Part shown: in pieces, positions 12,001 to 22,795 of the stretch
Layout: each line of letters starts with the position of its first letter
How positions within the stretch are numbered: the first letter of the stretch is position 1
Assembly: GCA_012862495.1 (NCBI GenBank)
Contig: BLSG01000427.1
Span: 72,603-112,000 of the forward strand
Source: Thraustochytrium aureum
Lineage: Eukaryota
Direction: 5' to 3'
Length of the DNA stretch: 39,398 nucleotides
Translations under genes and position numbers: made by a program
Notes under the pieces: generated by a model
The model's input: the letters and a program-made list of their open reading frames with translations, nothing else
Database searches by the model: none
Told to the model about the DNA's origin: nothing

Positions 12001-15000
12001 AGCTGGCGCGGTCCGGATTCAGGTCGGCGACACGTGATTCCGAGCCCATCGATGCAGCGGATGTTGAGTTGGCCGCCAGACTCGGGGCTCTCTGCGCCGC
12101 GGCAGAGGCCAAGTCCCTCTCTGGCGTTTTCGGGCTGTCCGCTGAGCAACGCCGTGACTGGGATGTGTTGGACGTTGCTGCGTTGTGCTTGCAGCAATCG
12201 CCAACAGCGCGGCCGCTGCCTTCGGACCTTCTCGAGCTCGATTTTTTCTCTCTGTCAAGCTCGGATCTCAATCGAGCGGAGGCTGCTGCTGTAGAGCTCA
12301 TGGGCGCAGCAACCGCCAGCATCAGCGTGCGCGAAAGTGTTTTAGCCCCGTTAGACCTGCTGCTGAGTCAGTCCGAGGCGGCCGGCTCGGAGATCTTCAT
12401 CGATGGCGCCTGCGACCCGCGCGTCTTGCTGGATGTAATCGAGAAGGTGGTTCAGTGCCTGTGCGACTCTCGCTTTTCCGAAGCCGGCGGCGAGGCGGCG
12501 GATGGAATTGAGCGCGACCAGACTGTTGCAATGCGCGGCTCCGCGGCCTCGATCTGCGATGAGGTCATACATGCAAACGCGCTCTCCCGGCTGGTCACAG
12601 TCACGTTGCGCTTCTATTCTAGCGAGTTGGGCCGAGCTCGCGGGCGCGGGATTCCTGGGACTGGGTTCGTTGAAGGAAGCGCAGAGGATAAGCTGAGCAC
12701 TCGTCTAGTCAAGCGGCTCGTTCAGGCGTTCAGGACTGGTGCGGCGATGTTTGCGAAGCGGGACGCGCCGCTTTGTCGCCATATTGCGCCGTTTATTGAG
12801 GCGCTTCTGTGCCTCTACTTTGGCAAAGAAGGCGATCTGGCTCAGCAAATCCATCCTGGGAAGGCCAGGTTTCCGCCCAGCAAGTGCGACCACTGGACGG
12901 CCGAGCTAGAGAGTCTCGTGGCGCCGGCCGTGCGACAAGTTCTGTCCGAGGAAGGCCAAGGGAACGCGCGCTACGCCGCTGTTCGAGAGCAACTCCGCGC
13001 TTGGAATCGATCCCTTGGCGCGGACGAGGCGAGCGTGGGCGGCATCGAGCCCTTTCGGCGATCTTCTACGTACTTTGCAGGACTCCTGCCGCTGGGAGCA
13101 TGCCTCTCGCAGCTGTGCTCCGTCGCACGGCAAGGGCGGACGCGGACTGTCGCGGCGCGTCAGGCGTTTGCCGCGCTGGCATCGGACGAGGTCGGGACGC
13201 TGCAACTCGTCGTTGATTTAGACGCTGCTCGTCGAGTAGCGCCGTTGGTTGCGGATGCTGACGAGCAGGTGTCTCGGTTGGCTTTTGGAGAGCGCCAAGG
13301 CGGTGCTTTGCGGCTTGCCAGGCGTAGCCAGCGGGGTCGTGCCTGACAGGCTTGGCAGGCTCCGTATGCAGATTGCCGAGGCCTTTGCGTCAGTGCCAGC
13401 TGTGACAGCTCTCGTCCAGCACATCCTCGGAGCGGATGCCGTTCGACGCGACCTCGCATTTGACACGCTCGAAGCAGCGGTTTCAGCGGGGCCCGCATTG
13501 ACCGCCGCGTGGGCTAGCGTCGACGTCGTGCCTGCGCTGCACAATCTTGTCAAGCGACGGCAGGAGCCTCGCGCGGTTCAACTGTGCCGGAAGGCTCTGG
13601 CTGGCGGGGACCGTGCGATTGTCTCTCTGATTGTGGCGCTCCCGGAACTTGCGGACGCCCTCGAGCTAGACCATGGCATTCGTGTCCCGGCGGAGGCTGA
13701 CCTCCATGGCTTTGGCGCTGTCGATTTTGAGTCTCTGGCTGCGGATGCCGCCGCAGCTGAGACGACATCAGAGGTGGAGGCAGTGCTTCCGCGGATTCGG
13801 CTTGCGCTCGCCTCGCAGGTTTGGAGTGAGCTCGGCGGAGACTCGTTCTCACAGCGCGCATATCTTGTCCAGGTGGTTCAGTGTGTTTGGGGCTGGTTTG
13901 GAAAGTTTTGGGAGGCTTGCAAGTATAGCGAAAGCCTCACGGAGAGGCGTTCTGGCGTCTTGCGAGATATCCTGGCGTTGTCGCGCGCAACATTGGCGGC
14001 TGTGCGATCGAGCAGCGCCCCAGAGCGAGCGGTAGCGATTCTGTCCGAGAGTGGCGCGTTCGAAGCGGTCGCCATCGTTGCTGGTGACACTCAAGTCGAC
14101 GTGCTTGGATGGTCGCGGCCACTTTTGGATTTGCAGAGCGACACTATGGTCCACCTCGCTGCCGAGTGGGCAACTTTCAGCGACGCGCGTGCTCATCTAG
14201 TCGGCGCAGCCAACGGCGAAGCCGACGTGGCCAAGAGCTTTGGCTTGTTTCTGACAAATACGGTAGACCTGGTGCGCGCATGTGTTTCCTCAGGGCATGA
14301 AAGACACCTCTCGCTTCTTGGGAGTTTGCCAGCCCGGAGCGATGCAACGCGAAAGACATGGAGTGCGCTCACAAAAATCGCAGACTCGGCTTTGCAGCAG
14401 CGAATCCTTGACGCAGGCGTGATCGAGCTCATGGTGCGCGAGATGCTTGGGGACGAGACGCTCGTGAAGGCAGAAAGTCATCATGTCAAGCTCAAGCAGG
14501 AGCTTGGAAAGCGGGATGGCACCGTCGTGCTTCGCGACGATGCGGTCGCAATGGTCGAAGCGCTGGCCGAGCGGCGGTCTATGGCCGAAGTCCTCGCGGC
14601 GGAGCTCGTTGCGCTTTGCCAGCGGACGTCGCTGGCGCTTGTGGAGCGGGACCGCATCTGGCGGTCGAAGCAGCGCCGTGACGTGCGCTCCGTCACCAAG
14701 TTGCTTCGCGCACTCGCCTCTCTATGCCATCCGCAGCTCGCGGAGGTGCTCGTCTACGACGCGCAGGTCCCACGCGCGATTGCGGATGGGGGTTCTGGCC
14801 TGGCGGATGAGGCAAAGACCGACGCCTGGCGAGAGTGGGAGGCGGCGGCGTCTGCGTGCAAGCGGGACGACACTAGGGGTCTTAGTCTCGCCTCTATTGA
14901 CCGCGAAGAGAACGTAGCGGTAGCGCGGAGCTCTCTGCGCGCAAGCGCCTCGCCTGGTCGTGCGAGCGGCCCGCCAGACAAGGAGGACAAGCACGGTGCA

Positions 15001-16317
15001 GCGAACAGGCCAAGACCGCAGAGCCCAGCAGCTCCGAGCAAGGCTGCTCGCAGCTCTCCCAAGCCTCCAAGGATGAGCCTGATTCGTCGGGGCGTCGCGC
15101 TGGTGTCGCTCGCTCTGGCCACGGCCCCGGGCAAAAGCCCGAAGAACCTGAGGGCATGATCGACAGGCTCGGCGACGATANNNNNNNNNNNNNNNNNNNN
15201 NNNNNNNNNNNNNNNNNNNNNNNNNNNNNNNNNNNNNNNNNNNNNNNNNNNNNNNNNNNNNNNNNNNNNNNNNNNNNNNNNNNNNGTCTCGCTGTCAGCA
15301 AGTGACCTTGAGGGGCAGTTTCAGGGCCGCTCGCGCCTGGGGTTTTCAGGGTTTTGTGCCTTGGTTGAGTCTCAAGTGCTGGCGCGCAGGGCAGCCGCGA
15401 GCGCGATCGCGGAGCGCAGCTTGCTCCTCGAGCGCTTGTTTCAGCGGTTTGACTCGGATAGCGATGGCCAGCTTAGTCTGCAAGAGACGCAGCTCGCGCT
15501 GGGGGCGGCAGCGGGCTGCCGGGCCATCATGCTGGACGAAATCCGTTCTTTGGCCCGCTCGTTGCGAGTGGGTCGTGCACAAAAGTTCAGCTTTGAGGAG
15601 TTTGCCAAACTCCACAGGCATTGGCGAAAGCGCTCCGTTGCTGGGCGCAGCCGTGACGAAAACGGGCGCGCTGTCGAAGAAGCTTTTCAAGAGCACAGCG
15701 GCGGCGGGTTCTTTTTGCACGGCGCAAAGCAAGTCCAAGCGTTCCTGGGGGACTGCCTTCGTGAAGCACGTGTGCCGGACGTGGAGCGAATCAAGAAGTG
15801 GATGGAGGCTACTGCTCCGCAACAACGCGGGATCGAGGTCGAGTTCGACCAGGCTGTCGAGCTGGTGGCGTGGGCTGAGGATGGGGCCTCTCTTGACTTT
15901 TCTACGCGCGCTGACGGGGTGTCTGCGCGCAGATCAGAGGCAGGCCAAGTTGCGACATCGGATCCTCTCTTGGAAAGTGCCGCGCGCGCAGGGCCTCTTC
16001 GCTCGCAGCCTCAGAGTCGAGGCGGCGTCGCCCTTGTTGACGTTGTTGACAGCGTGCCCCACGCTATTCGCGAGGCTCTTGGAAGCAAACTTGGGGGTCT
16101 CTGGAAGGCCTTTGTTCGGTATGGCGGCGACAGGGGCGTTGATGGTATTCGTTTCATCGAGCTTCGGACAGCATTCAACGAGATGGGCCGGGCTCAGGTT
16201 GCAGACGCCGACCTTTTGCGTTGGATCAGAGCTCGAGACTCGACGGGCACGGGCAGGGTATCCTTCGCTGACTTTTGTGCGTCCTACGCGCAGGCGGCAG
16301 AGTCGGGCTCAAGCTGA
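1..16317 (+). CDS. Giant multidomain scaffold protein (Tudor-like x>=5, EF-hands, PUB x3-4, WD40, pseudokinase, ARM/HEAT-like, C-terminal EF-hands); 5'-truncated, broken by frameshifts and two gaps
   Basis: The frame of ORF 308 is open from base 2 (ERRVRPDFIR...FVVGQQVEARFKGGAKWFKGQI...DYDDGD). Consecutive + ORFs 308-2290, 2287-7518, 7361-9544, 9423-10646, 10693-11946, 11943-13346, 13249-15159 and 15361-16317 overlap or abut. At each junction the downstream frame is open upstream of the break (about 2200, 7330, 9430, 10600 ccccc, 13283 tttt, 15062), or an N-gap lies there. Stop TGA at 16315-16317. Joining these into one gene is inference. Confidence 0.75.
119..1740 (+). repeat. Tandem Tudor/Agenet-like domain repeats in the giant gene (about 119-270, 569-720, 821-972, 1007-1160, 1586-1740, plus the tail of another at 2-34)
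   Basis: Recurring motif F-x-V-G-D-R-V-E-A-x-F/Y-x-G-x-x-x-W-F/Y-x-G-x-V-x-x-V-N-x-D-G-T-x-x-V-D-Y-D-D-G-D-x-E, separated by RS-rich linkers. Confidence 0.8.
3169..5058 (+). other. Three clear PUB (p97/VCP-binding) domains plus one degenerate copy in the giant gene
   Basis: ETVLHYINNVIARPDDSRLWQVSVRDDVFRAKVGQHRGGIELMHAVGF (3169-3312), ETVHAMVARVLGNPKDSRLWRIRAANSSYLRKVGQWKGGAVLMEAVGF (3604-3747) and ETFVRYLENIVRSPQAVQYRVINIQNDNFRRRIGRLHGGIEMFLAVGF (4915-5058) match the PUB consensus (L..Y..NI...P...KYR.I...N..F...V....GG.E.L...GF). A degenerate GCKGAVELMLALGW lies near 4660-4700. Confidence 0.8.
10920..12250 (+). other. Protein kinase-like (probably catalytically dead) domain in the giant gene
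   Basis: C-lobe motifs LHQLRRLHGKGILLRGPRPSQIVV, GYLAPE, DTWCFGALLLEAVTGQPP and CLQQSPTARP..LL...FF are present. HRD and DFG are absent. Confidence 0.7.
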
Positions 16318-16740
16318 CATTTATTAGATAACATCCGGAACCCAGCCCGATGAGCTCGCTCGGTCTCGGCGGCGCGCGCCTGTCGAGCCTCCGCGACGAC
16401 TTGGAGTGAGTTCAAGACAATGTAGTTTGCTCCTTGATCAAGACCACAACTCGTGACTGCAGGCATAAATGACGTCGAAGCGCGGTAGTAGCGCCGGCCG
16501 AGGAGGACCGTCCGTGCAGGTCGGTCCCTTTTCCAACCGTTGCACAAATCAGGCAGCACTTCGCACTTGAGCCGGCAAGCCGTTGCTGAGCCAGCCCCCT
16601 TCAACTCGGCAGAAAGCCAGGCGCTGGCGTGTGATTGAGCTCAACAGCAAACAAACGTTCACGCTGTTGGCACAACGCGCACGCAGGAAGCGCTGCAAGT
16701 GGCGGCTCGTCGACACAACAGTCGACCATGCTTGCCAACT

Positions 16741-16850
16741 CGTTGGGTGGGGTGGATGGGTAAATGGCTGGCTGGCTGGCTGGCTCGCTGGCTGGATTGG
16801 GTGGATGGATGCCTAGCTAGAGATGGATGGATGGAGAAGTGGATGGATAG
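16741..16850. repeat. Intergenic GGAT/GGCT tetranucleotide microsatellite region
   Basis: ggtggatgg...ggctggctggctggctggct...gatggatggatgg is visible directly. Confidence 0.85.
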
Positions 16851-17340
16851 TGTGCAGGCGCCCTCATCGACGGGCACGGCGTCGAAAGAGGGAAGGAAGA
16901 CTGCATGCTCTGCATCCCATCCAACAACGCACCAAGCACGGAGCGGCGTCATTGCATGTGCAGCTTGGCATCCAATCCATTGGGACAAAGTGTGCATGCT
17001 TGTTCAATGCAACTTATTCAAGAATCCTGTTTTTCGCCCTTCTGTGCGTGAGACTCTTGAACATGCCTTCGCAAGGCTCTTGACCATTGAGGGTTCCCTC
17101 ACCTCACAGTCCACCATCACCATCAACAAGTGTCTCTAAATTGATTGAAAGGTTTTGATTCACCCAATCTGTCGACTTGTCGCATACGTATGTACTTGCT
17201 ATGTGGGAGTTCTGATGGAATTCAATGCAATGCAATGCGATGGAATGAGTTGGTTTGATGAGCAGCTGGAGTCCATGCCAGTCCTGTATCGGCAAGGTCG
17301 TGGCGCGATCGCTGCGACAGTCACGCGGCGCTGGCTGGCG

Positions 17341-19546
17341 ATGGCAAACGGGGCGTACACTGCGGCGCAGCTCGGCCAGCTCATCGAGCTCGTTCCGTGC
17401 GCGCTCGCATGGCTCCGCGACGAGGAGACAGGGCGCGCGGGCGAGCTGTTTCTTGAGGCCTCTAGCGTGAACAGCTTCGAGGTACAAAACCTCGTCCAAG
17501 GACTGGTTGACGGGATGAACAGCGACGGCGACCTGTCGCTGTTGGAGCTCCGCGTGCTGTTCGCCAAGACAAGCCCGGCTGTGGTGGCCAGTGCGGTGCG
17601 AACGATCGTGGTCGATTGCCACCCCGTTTTTGTGAACGAGAACATAAGCGAGCGGCTGCGCGATGTCGCCGCGTGGCCTGCTAGCAGCACAAAGGGCGCA
17701 CTCGCCCGCGCCCAGGCCCTCGGCGATGCGGTGGACGCGCTCCCGCGCCGCAATTATTATGCGCTCGCTGAGCTCTGCGCTGTCTTTCGCGACACGTGCG
17801 GCAACCCTGGCGAGGTGGCACAACTGGTAGGCCCGTCGATTCTCCTCTCCGTCTCCAAAAGCCAGGACCGAACCTCTACGGCCAGTTCCAGCGCGGTTGT
17901 TGCGTTTACAGCCCTGATAGAGAGTTGCGACGTGGTCTTTGGCAACGCCCCCTTGTGCGTCGGTCGCAACGCGCTCGGGCAGCGGCAAAAGAAAGACATT
18001 AAGCAGCTCGAAAAGGCCAGCCGCACAGCTACTCTCCACCGGCGCCAGGCCAACCAACGCGAACCGTACCGCCTCAATCGATCCGGTCGCAGGAGGCAGG
18101 CTCTGGTCGCGGGACCCGACGCGGGTAGGGGCGGCTCGCTATTTGGTCAACGCACTACTCTGCTGCAGCGAACTACGAGCAACTCCGACAGCGACAGCGA
18201 GAGCGACGACGACAGAGCCAGCCAGGTCGCATATGAGACAATGTCTGAAACTGGCTCCCCTCGAACATCGCGCACCACGAGGACGCATGACAAGTCGGCA
18301 AACTCTGAGAACTCTGCGCAAGGCAGCCTCGGGCGCGGCGCTGACGGTCGCGAAAGCGTGCTGCTTGGCGGGTCGGAGGCAGCCCATGCAGAAAGGCACG
18401 CGGAGCAGTTGCGCGCGTTCTATCACTGGCGAGATCCAGCGAAAGCGGACAGTGTGCAGGTCCTGCTCGAGAACCACTCGTTCCAAAACGTGGCGAGAGC
18501 GATCCACGACCAATACTCTGGAGCGCTTCCCCCACCCTGGAAGGGCGAGCTTGCCGCCATGGCGGAGGCCGGTTCTCCAGGTCTCGAGTGGTTCACCAGC
18601 AAGTTCTTGCAAGGCGGAAGGAAAAAGCCAGACGCCGCGGAAAGAAGGCTCTCGCACCGCCTGTTCGGGGTTCGCAGCAGCGGCAGGTCAGAAGCGCGCA
18701 AACCTCTCGACCATGTCGTGGACGAGCTCATCGAGACCGAGCACTTTTACCACGACTGCCTTGTTGCCACGGACGCGTTCGTCAACCGTATCCGAGAGAT
18801 TGCGATCGGGTCGCACGGCGAGCGGGCGAAGCGCAACCTTGGCCTGACAAAGCGCGAGATTGATGCGATTTTCGGAACGCGCCGCCTCAACGACCTCCTC
18901 AGCGTGAGCAAGCAGTTTTTGAGCGGGCTCGAGGTAATTGACTTTGTGCGCACACCGCCCCTTCGAGCGAGCCGCGCCGAGCTTGCAGCGGATGCGATGC
19001 TCGCCTTGCTCGAAGAGCTGCACGAGGCATACACAAACTTTGCGGCATCGCACGAGGCTGGGAACGGGGTCCTCAGCGCTGCGTGCGACACGATGCGCAA
19101 GCGCCGCCGCAGCGGCACGAAGAGCAAAGNNNNNNNNNNNNNNNNNNNNNNNNNNNNNNNNNNNNNNNNNNNNNNNNNNNNNNNNNNNNNNNNNNNNNNN
19201 NNNNNNNNNNNNNNNNNNNNNNNNNNNNNNNNNNNNNNNNNNNNNNNNNNNNNNNNNNNNNNNNNNNNNNNNNNNNNNNNNNNNNNNNNNNACGAAGAGC
19301 AAAGAGACCTTTGAGGAGATTTGGGTACAGTTTGTGCGCAATGACCGGCGCCTGCGCTCCCAAAAGATCCCAGCCCTCCTGATCATGCCGATCCAGCGCC
19401 TCCCGCGCTACGAGCTTTTGTTCAAGCAAGTCGAGAAGAACCTCGGCGAGAGCGACACTTCCGCCAAGGACAAGGTAAGCCGCGTTGTGTTGTCTCTCGT
19501 CTCGATTAATCAGAGCATCAACGAGGCGACTGGGCGAGCCGCGTGA
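17341..19546 (+). CDS. RhoGAP-like domain plus C-terminal RhoGEF (DH) domain protein
   Basis: DH motifs LDHVVDELIETEHFYHDCL and LLIMPIQRLPRYELLFKQV. N-terminal RhoGAP-like helices (ELFLEASS, AVVASAVRTIVVDCHPVF, LPRRNYYALAEL). The gap at 19130-19291 is flanked on both sides by the same 13-mer acgaagagcaaag, so the two halves join in frame (GTKSKETFEEIW). The start at ATG 17341 is a best guess. Confidence 0.75.
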
Positions 19547-19679
19547 TCGCCAGGCGGGCAGGGGCTTTGAGGGCTTTGGAAGCTCGTGCAGACCCGAGGA
19601 CCGCGGCTTGTGAAATGGCGATCGAGAACGGCTCGTGGCACTTGAATCGCTCCGTCGTAGACACTGCGTTTGATTGGTT

Positions 19680-19720
19680 GAGAGAGAGTCAGAGACAAAG
19701 AGAGAGAGAGAGAGAGAGAG
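19680..19720. repeat. (GA)n microsatellite between convergent genes
   Basis: gagagagagtcagagacaaagagagagagagagagagagag seen directly. Confidence 0.9.
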
Positions 19721-19876
19721 ACCAATCCATCCTAGTTTGCATTACAGGACAGCCCTTGTTGATGCCTCTACCGAGAGAGAGTACCCTGCCGCACTCACCA
19801 GCCTGCCTCCAACCTCTGTACACCTGGGCTGCACGCACGTTGACATCCATGAAAAGTGCCGCGGTGCGGCCGCAGT

Positions 19877-21187
19877 TCAGCCGACCAACTGCTCAACCTT
19901 GCTGCGCAGTTCAGCGAGCGTCTCCTCGCACGGTCCGAGCACCGTGTGGGCATTGATTCGCGCGACATGATGCGCAGGGACGTTCTCAACAACGTTAAAG
20001 TTGTAAACTGTTGCTGAGGGGCTCTTGGCTGCGGCGCAACAGAATGCAATTTGCGTGATTTGGACAGCGAAGGATGTGCCAACAAAGACGATGACGTCCG
20101 CCTCTTCGAGCCACTTTTTCGCCTTGTCGAACTGGTACGAGTCGTGATCGGTGTAGTCTTCGTCGAACAAGAGACAGTTGGGCACCATTACCTCGCCGCA
20201 CCCAGGACACTTGGGAAGATCCGCAGTGGAGGGGAGGAAGGAGCGCCCGTCTTGGCGCTTACGAATCTTGTCATTCAGGGACGTGTAGTGCACCATGCGC
20301 TCGGAGAACTCGCAGTTGTCGCCGTAGCACTTGTACCCGCCAGAAAACCCGTGGACCTCGATCAGCTGCTCGTCCTGCACACGCCCGGAGCTGTGCCGAT
20401 GCAAGCGGTCTATATTCTGCGTCATCACAGTGGCCTGCGGAAATATGGCGCAAAGCGCGGCGATCGCGTCGTGGCCCGCGTTTGGTCGGTATCCTGCAGC
20501 TTTGGACTCGTCAAAGTGCTCAAGCCAAAACGTATTGTACCACTCAAGAGGGCATTCCTCAAACTTTTCGCGTGTGCCCCACGAGTGAACACTCTGCGCC
20601 CACACCGCGTCGTCTCGTCCTCGAAAGGGGGGGATTCCTGAAGCAACGCTGAGCCCCGCTCCGGTGAGAAACACGACTCGCTCGCCCTGCACGAGACTTG
20701 CGGCGAGCTCCTCTAGCGCTTGGTCCTTGGAAATCTGTGGCCTGTCTTTTTTCCCTCTGCGCGGCTGGCTCCGCCTCGTTGGCTCGCGACGCGCGGCGCG
20801 CTCTCGCGACCGTTTCCTGCTCCTTGTGACTTGGGTGCCCGAGGCCACCGCCCCTTCCTCTTGCATTGGTTTGCTTGCAGCGTCTTGCGCAGGCTCCGAG
20901 CCGCTCACATCGCAAGCAACGGCACCGCGCTCCTCGCTTTCAGCTGTGCGAGCGGCCTGGGCATCGCCTTTGGTGTTAGTGCCCAGCACCACATCATCAT
21001 TTTCATGACCCTTAGCCTCATCAACATCCTCACGGCCCTGTGCTTTGCCATCATCATCACGGCCTTGCGCCTCATCAACAACGTCTCCGCCCTGTGCTGT
21101 GCCATCATCATGACGGCCTTGCGCCTCACCAGCACCATTCCCGCCGTCCCGCAGCACATCACCCTGCTGTCCCCGCGCCTCCATCAT
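19877..21187 (-). CDS. NAD-dependent protein deacylase, sirtuin (Sir2) family
   Basis: Motifs FLTGAGLSVASGIPPFRG, TQNIDRLH, EVHG, Zn-binding CYGDNC and CPGC, LFDE, and VGTSF. Likely start MMEARG (cat at 21185-21187), with an acidic low-complexity N-terminus. Confidence 0.92.
   Translation of the reverse strand: MMEARGQQGDVLRDGGNGAGEAQGRHDDGTAQGGDVVDEAQGRDDDGKAQGREDVDEAKGHENDDVVLGTNTKGDAQAARTAESEERGAVACDVSGSEPAQDAASKPMQEEGAVASGTQVTRSRKRSRERAARREPTRRSQPRRGKKDRPQISKDQALEELAASLVQGERVVFLTGAGLSVASGIPPFRGRDDAVWAQSVHSWGTREKFEECPLEWYNTFWLEHFDESKAAGYRPNAGHDAIAALCAIFPQATVMTQNIDRLHRHSSGRVQDEQLIEVHGFSGGYKCYGDNCEFSERMVHYTSLNDKIRKRQDGRSFLPSTADLPKCPGCGEVMVPNCLLFDEDYTDHDSYQFDKAKKWLEEADVIVFVGTSFAVQITQIAFCCAAAKSPSATVYNFNVVENVPAHHVARINAHTVLGPCEETLAELRSKVEQLVG
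20993..21128 (-). repeat. About 54-bp imperfect coding tandem repeat in the sirtuin N-terminus
   Basis: EAQGRHDDGTAQGGDVVD / EAQGRDDDGKAQGREDVD / EAKGHENDD. Confidence 0.7.
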
Positions 21188-21256
21188 CGCGTCCTTGCTT
21201 GGCGAGCAACAGACAGACAGGCAGCGCACGCAGCCTGCCTGCCTGCCTGCCCGTAC

Positions 21257-21257
<1 letters not shown>

Positions 21258-21299
<42 letters not shown>
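21258..21299. repeat. (GCT)14 trinucleotide microsatellite upstream of the sirtuin start
   Basis: Pure gct run visible, flanked by gcct and gtcc tetramer repeats. Confidence 0.9.
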
Positions 21300-21302
<3 letters not shown>

Positions 21303-21878
21303 CCGTCCGTCCGTTGGTTCGTTGGAGGTCTGCGCGCTGCTGCTGCTGGTCGCCGAGCGCCTGCAAGGCCTGCTTGTTCTATCGTTGAAAACATGTACTG
21401 TTACCAGCCTGAGAGTACTCAACCATGAGCAGCGTCTCAAGTTCTCTCAACTGCCGCGCGGCCGTGCTCGTGGTGCTGGCTGCCACGCGAGCTGCCTGGC
21501 CGAGATCGACCGCCTGGCGAGCCGCGGTGGGTTGACTCGGTAACGATGGCTGGATGCTCGGTGGGTTGGTTGCTGGGCGTTGGGCTTGCAACAACAACGG
21601 GCCTGGCTAGGGCTTGCAACAANNNNNNNNNNNNNNNNNNNNNNNNNNNNNNNNNNNNNNNNNNNNNNNNNNNNNNNNNNNNNNNNNNNNNNNNNNNNNN
21701 NNNNNNNNNNNNNNNNNNNNNNNNNNNNNNNNNNNNNNNNNNNNNNNNNNNNNNNNNNNNNNNNNNNNNNNNNNNNNNNNNNNNNNNNNNNNNNNNNNNN
21801 NNNNNNNNNNNNNNNNNNNNNNNNNNNNNNNNNNNNNNNNNNNNNNNNNNNNNNNNNNNNNNNNNNNNNNNNNNNNNA

Positions 21879-22392
21879 AGCCCGAGGCGGCAGTCGACCT
21901 CCTCAGGGGCCGATCGGGCGCCGAGCCAGAAAAGACGGCGAGTCGAGACAAACCTTCGTCGGCTCTCGTCCGCTTGCCCGATGGCGCAGACATTGCACCA
22001 GGTCGAGATGAGGGTGAACAAAAAGAAGGACGGAAGTGTCGGTTGAACGGCTACATTCCATGACGCTGACGAGAGCGGCGGAGCGGAGCGGCCTGAGCCT
22101 GACTACTGAGATGGAGACAGCAACACTGCTGCAAAGCGTGCGCCGAGAGACCGACCGAGACCTCCACTGCAGACTGTGCCCTCTTCCGACGAGTGGCCTC
22201 CCCTCCACCGGAGAGCGAAGCGCAGCTCTGCCGAGCCACGGTCGAGTTTTGCTCCACAACGCGCCAGAGCAACGCATCGATCTCGTTGTGGCAGCCAACC
22301 CAGACTGGATCGCGGCATTTAGTCCGAAATCGCCCAGCCTTTGGGCCGTGGCGGCTGCGAAAAAAAACGCACACGGGGTTTGCACGGGGTGA
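21879..22392 (+). CDS. Possible 3' part of a hypothetical protein (5' end in gap; probable frameshift near 22021)
   Basis: Open frames after the gap (…QKRRRVETNLRRL…VEMRVNK) join ORF 22036-22392 (VERLHSMTLTRAAERSGLSLTTEMETATLL…) through an A-run. No recognisable domain. Confidence 0.3.
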
Positions 22393-22795
22393 TGAAGAGA
22401 CTACCAACGGATAGGCCTGGAGCTCACACTCTCTCGAGTGCATGCGGCTGCTTGCTGTGCTGACGGACGAGACGCCTTTGGTTTGTTTGGGGCCATCCAT
22501 GCATCCGTCCATCTGACACGCGAGCAACCGTCGCCGGCCGAAAACGCCAGACCTCCAAAGCAGTGCGAGGCGCCCGCGACGGGCGAGCACGTCAATAGCG
22601 CAGAAGGGCAGGCAGGCAGGCAGGCAAGACAGCGAGGCAGAGCACACGCGCGCAGAGGAGACCAAGTTGAGCGGAGAAGCGCGCTGGAGGTCAGCGTTTT
22701 GGCTCCCGCCCCAGCGCGTGCCGGCCACCAAGCCGACCTCGCCGGGCGCAGACGAAGACAAAATATTTTCCGTCGCGCTTGACCAAAGCTTCAAA

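Noticed and set aside
2190..15070. Programmed ribosomal frameshifting or tiny introns in the giant gene
   Set aside because: There is no shared slippery motif and no consistent GT-AG pair at the junctions. Breaks go in both directions and often sit in homopolymers, so sequencing error is simpler.
600..16300. Numerous overlapping antisense and alternate-frame ORFs
   Set aside because: These are expected shadows of GC-rich coding DNA, with no recognisable domains.
19877..21187. Sirtuin as a SIR2-type anti-phage or immune effector linked to the LRR locus
   Set aside because: It has the Zn-binding Cys pairs and motifs of a conventional deacylase sirtuin, and it lies about 16 kb from the array with unrelated genes between.
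21188..21394. PolyAla N-terminal extension of the sirtuin ORF
   Set aside because: It starts at a non-ATG codon and is made of GCT, GCCT and GTCC microsatellites typical of non-coding DNA in this window.
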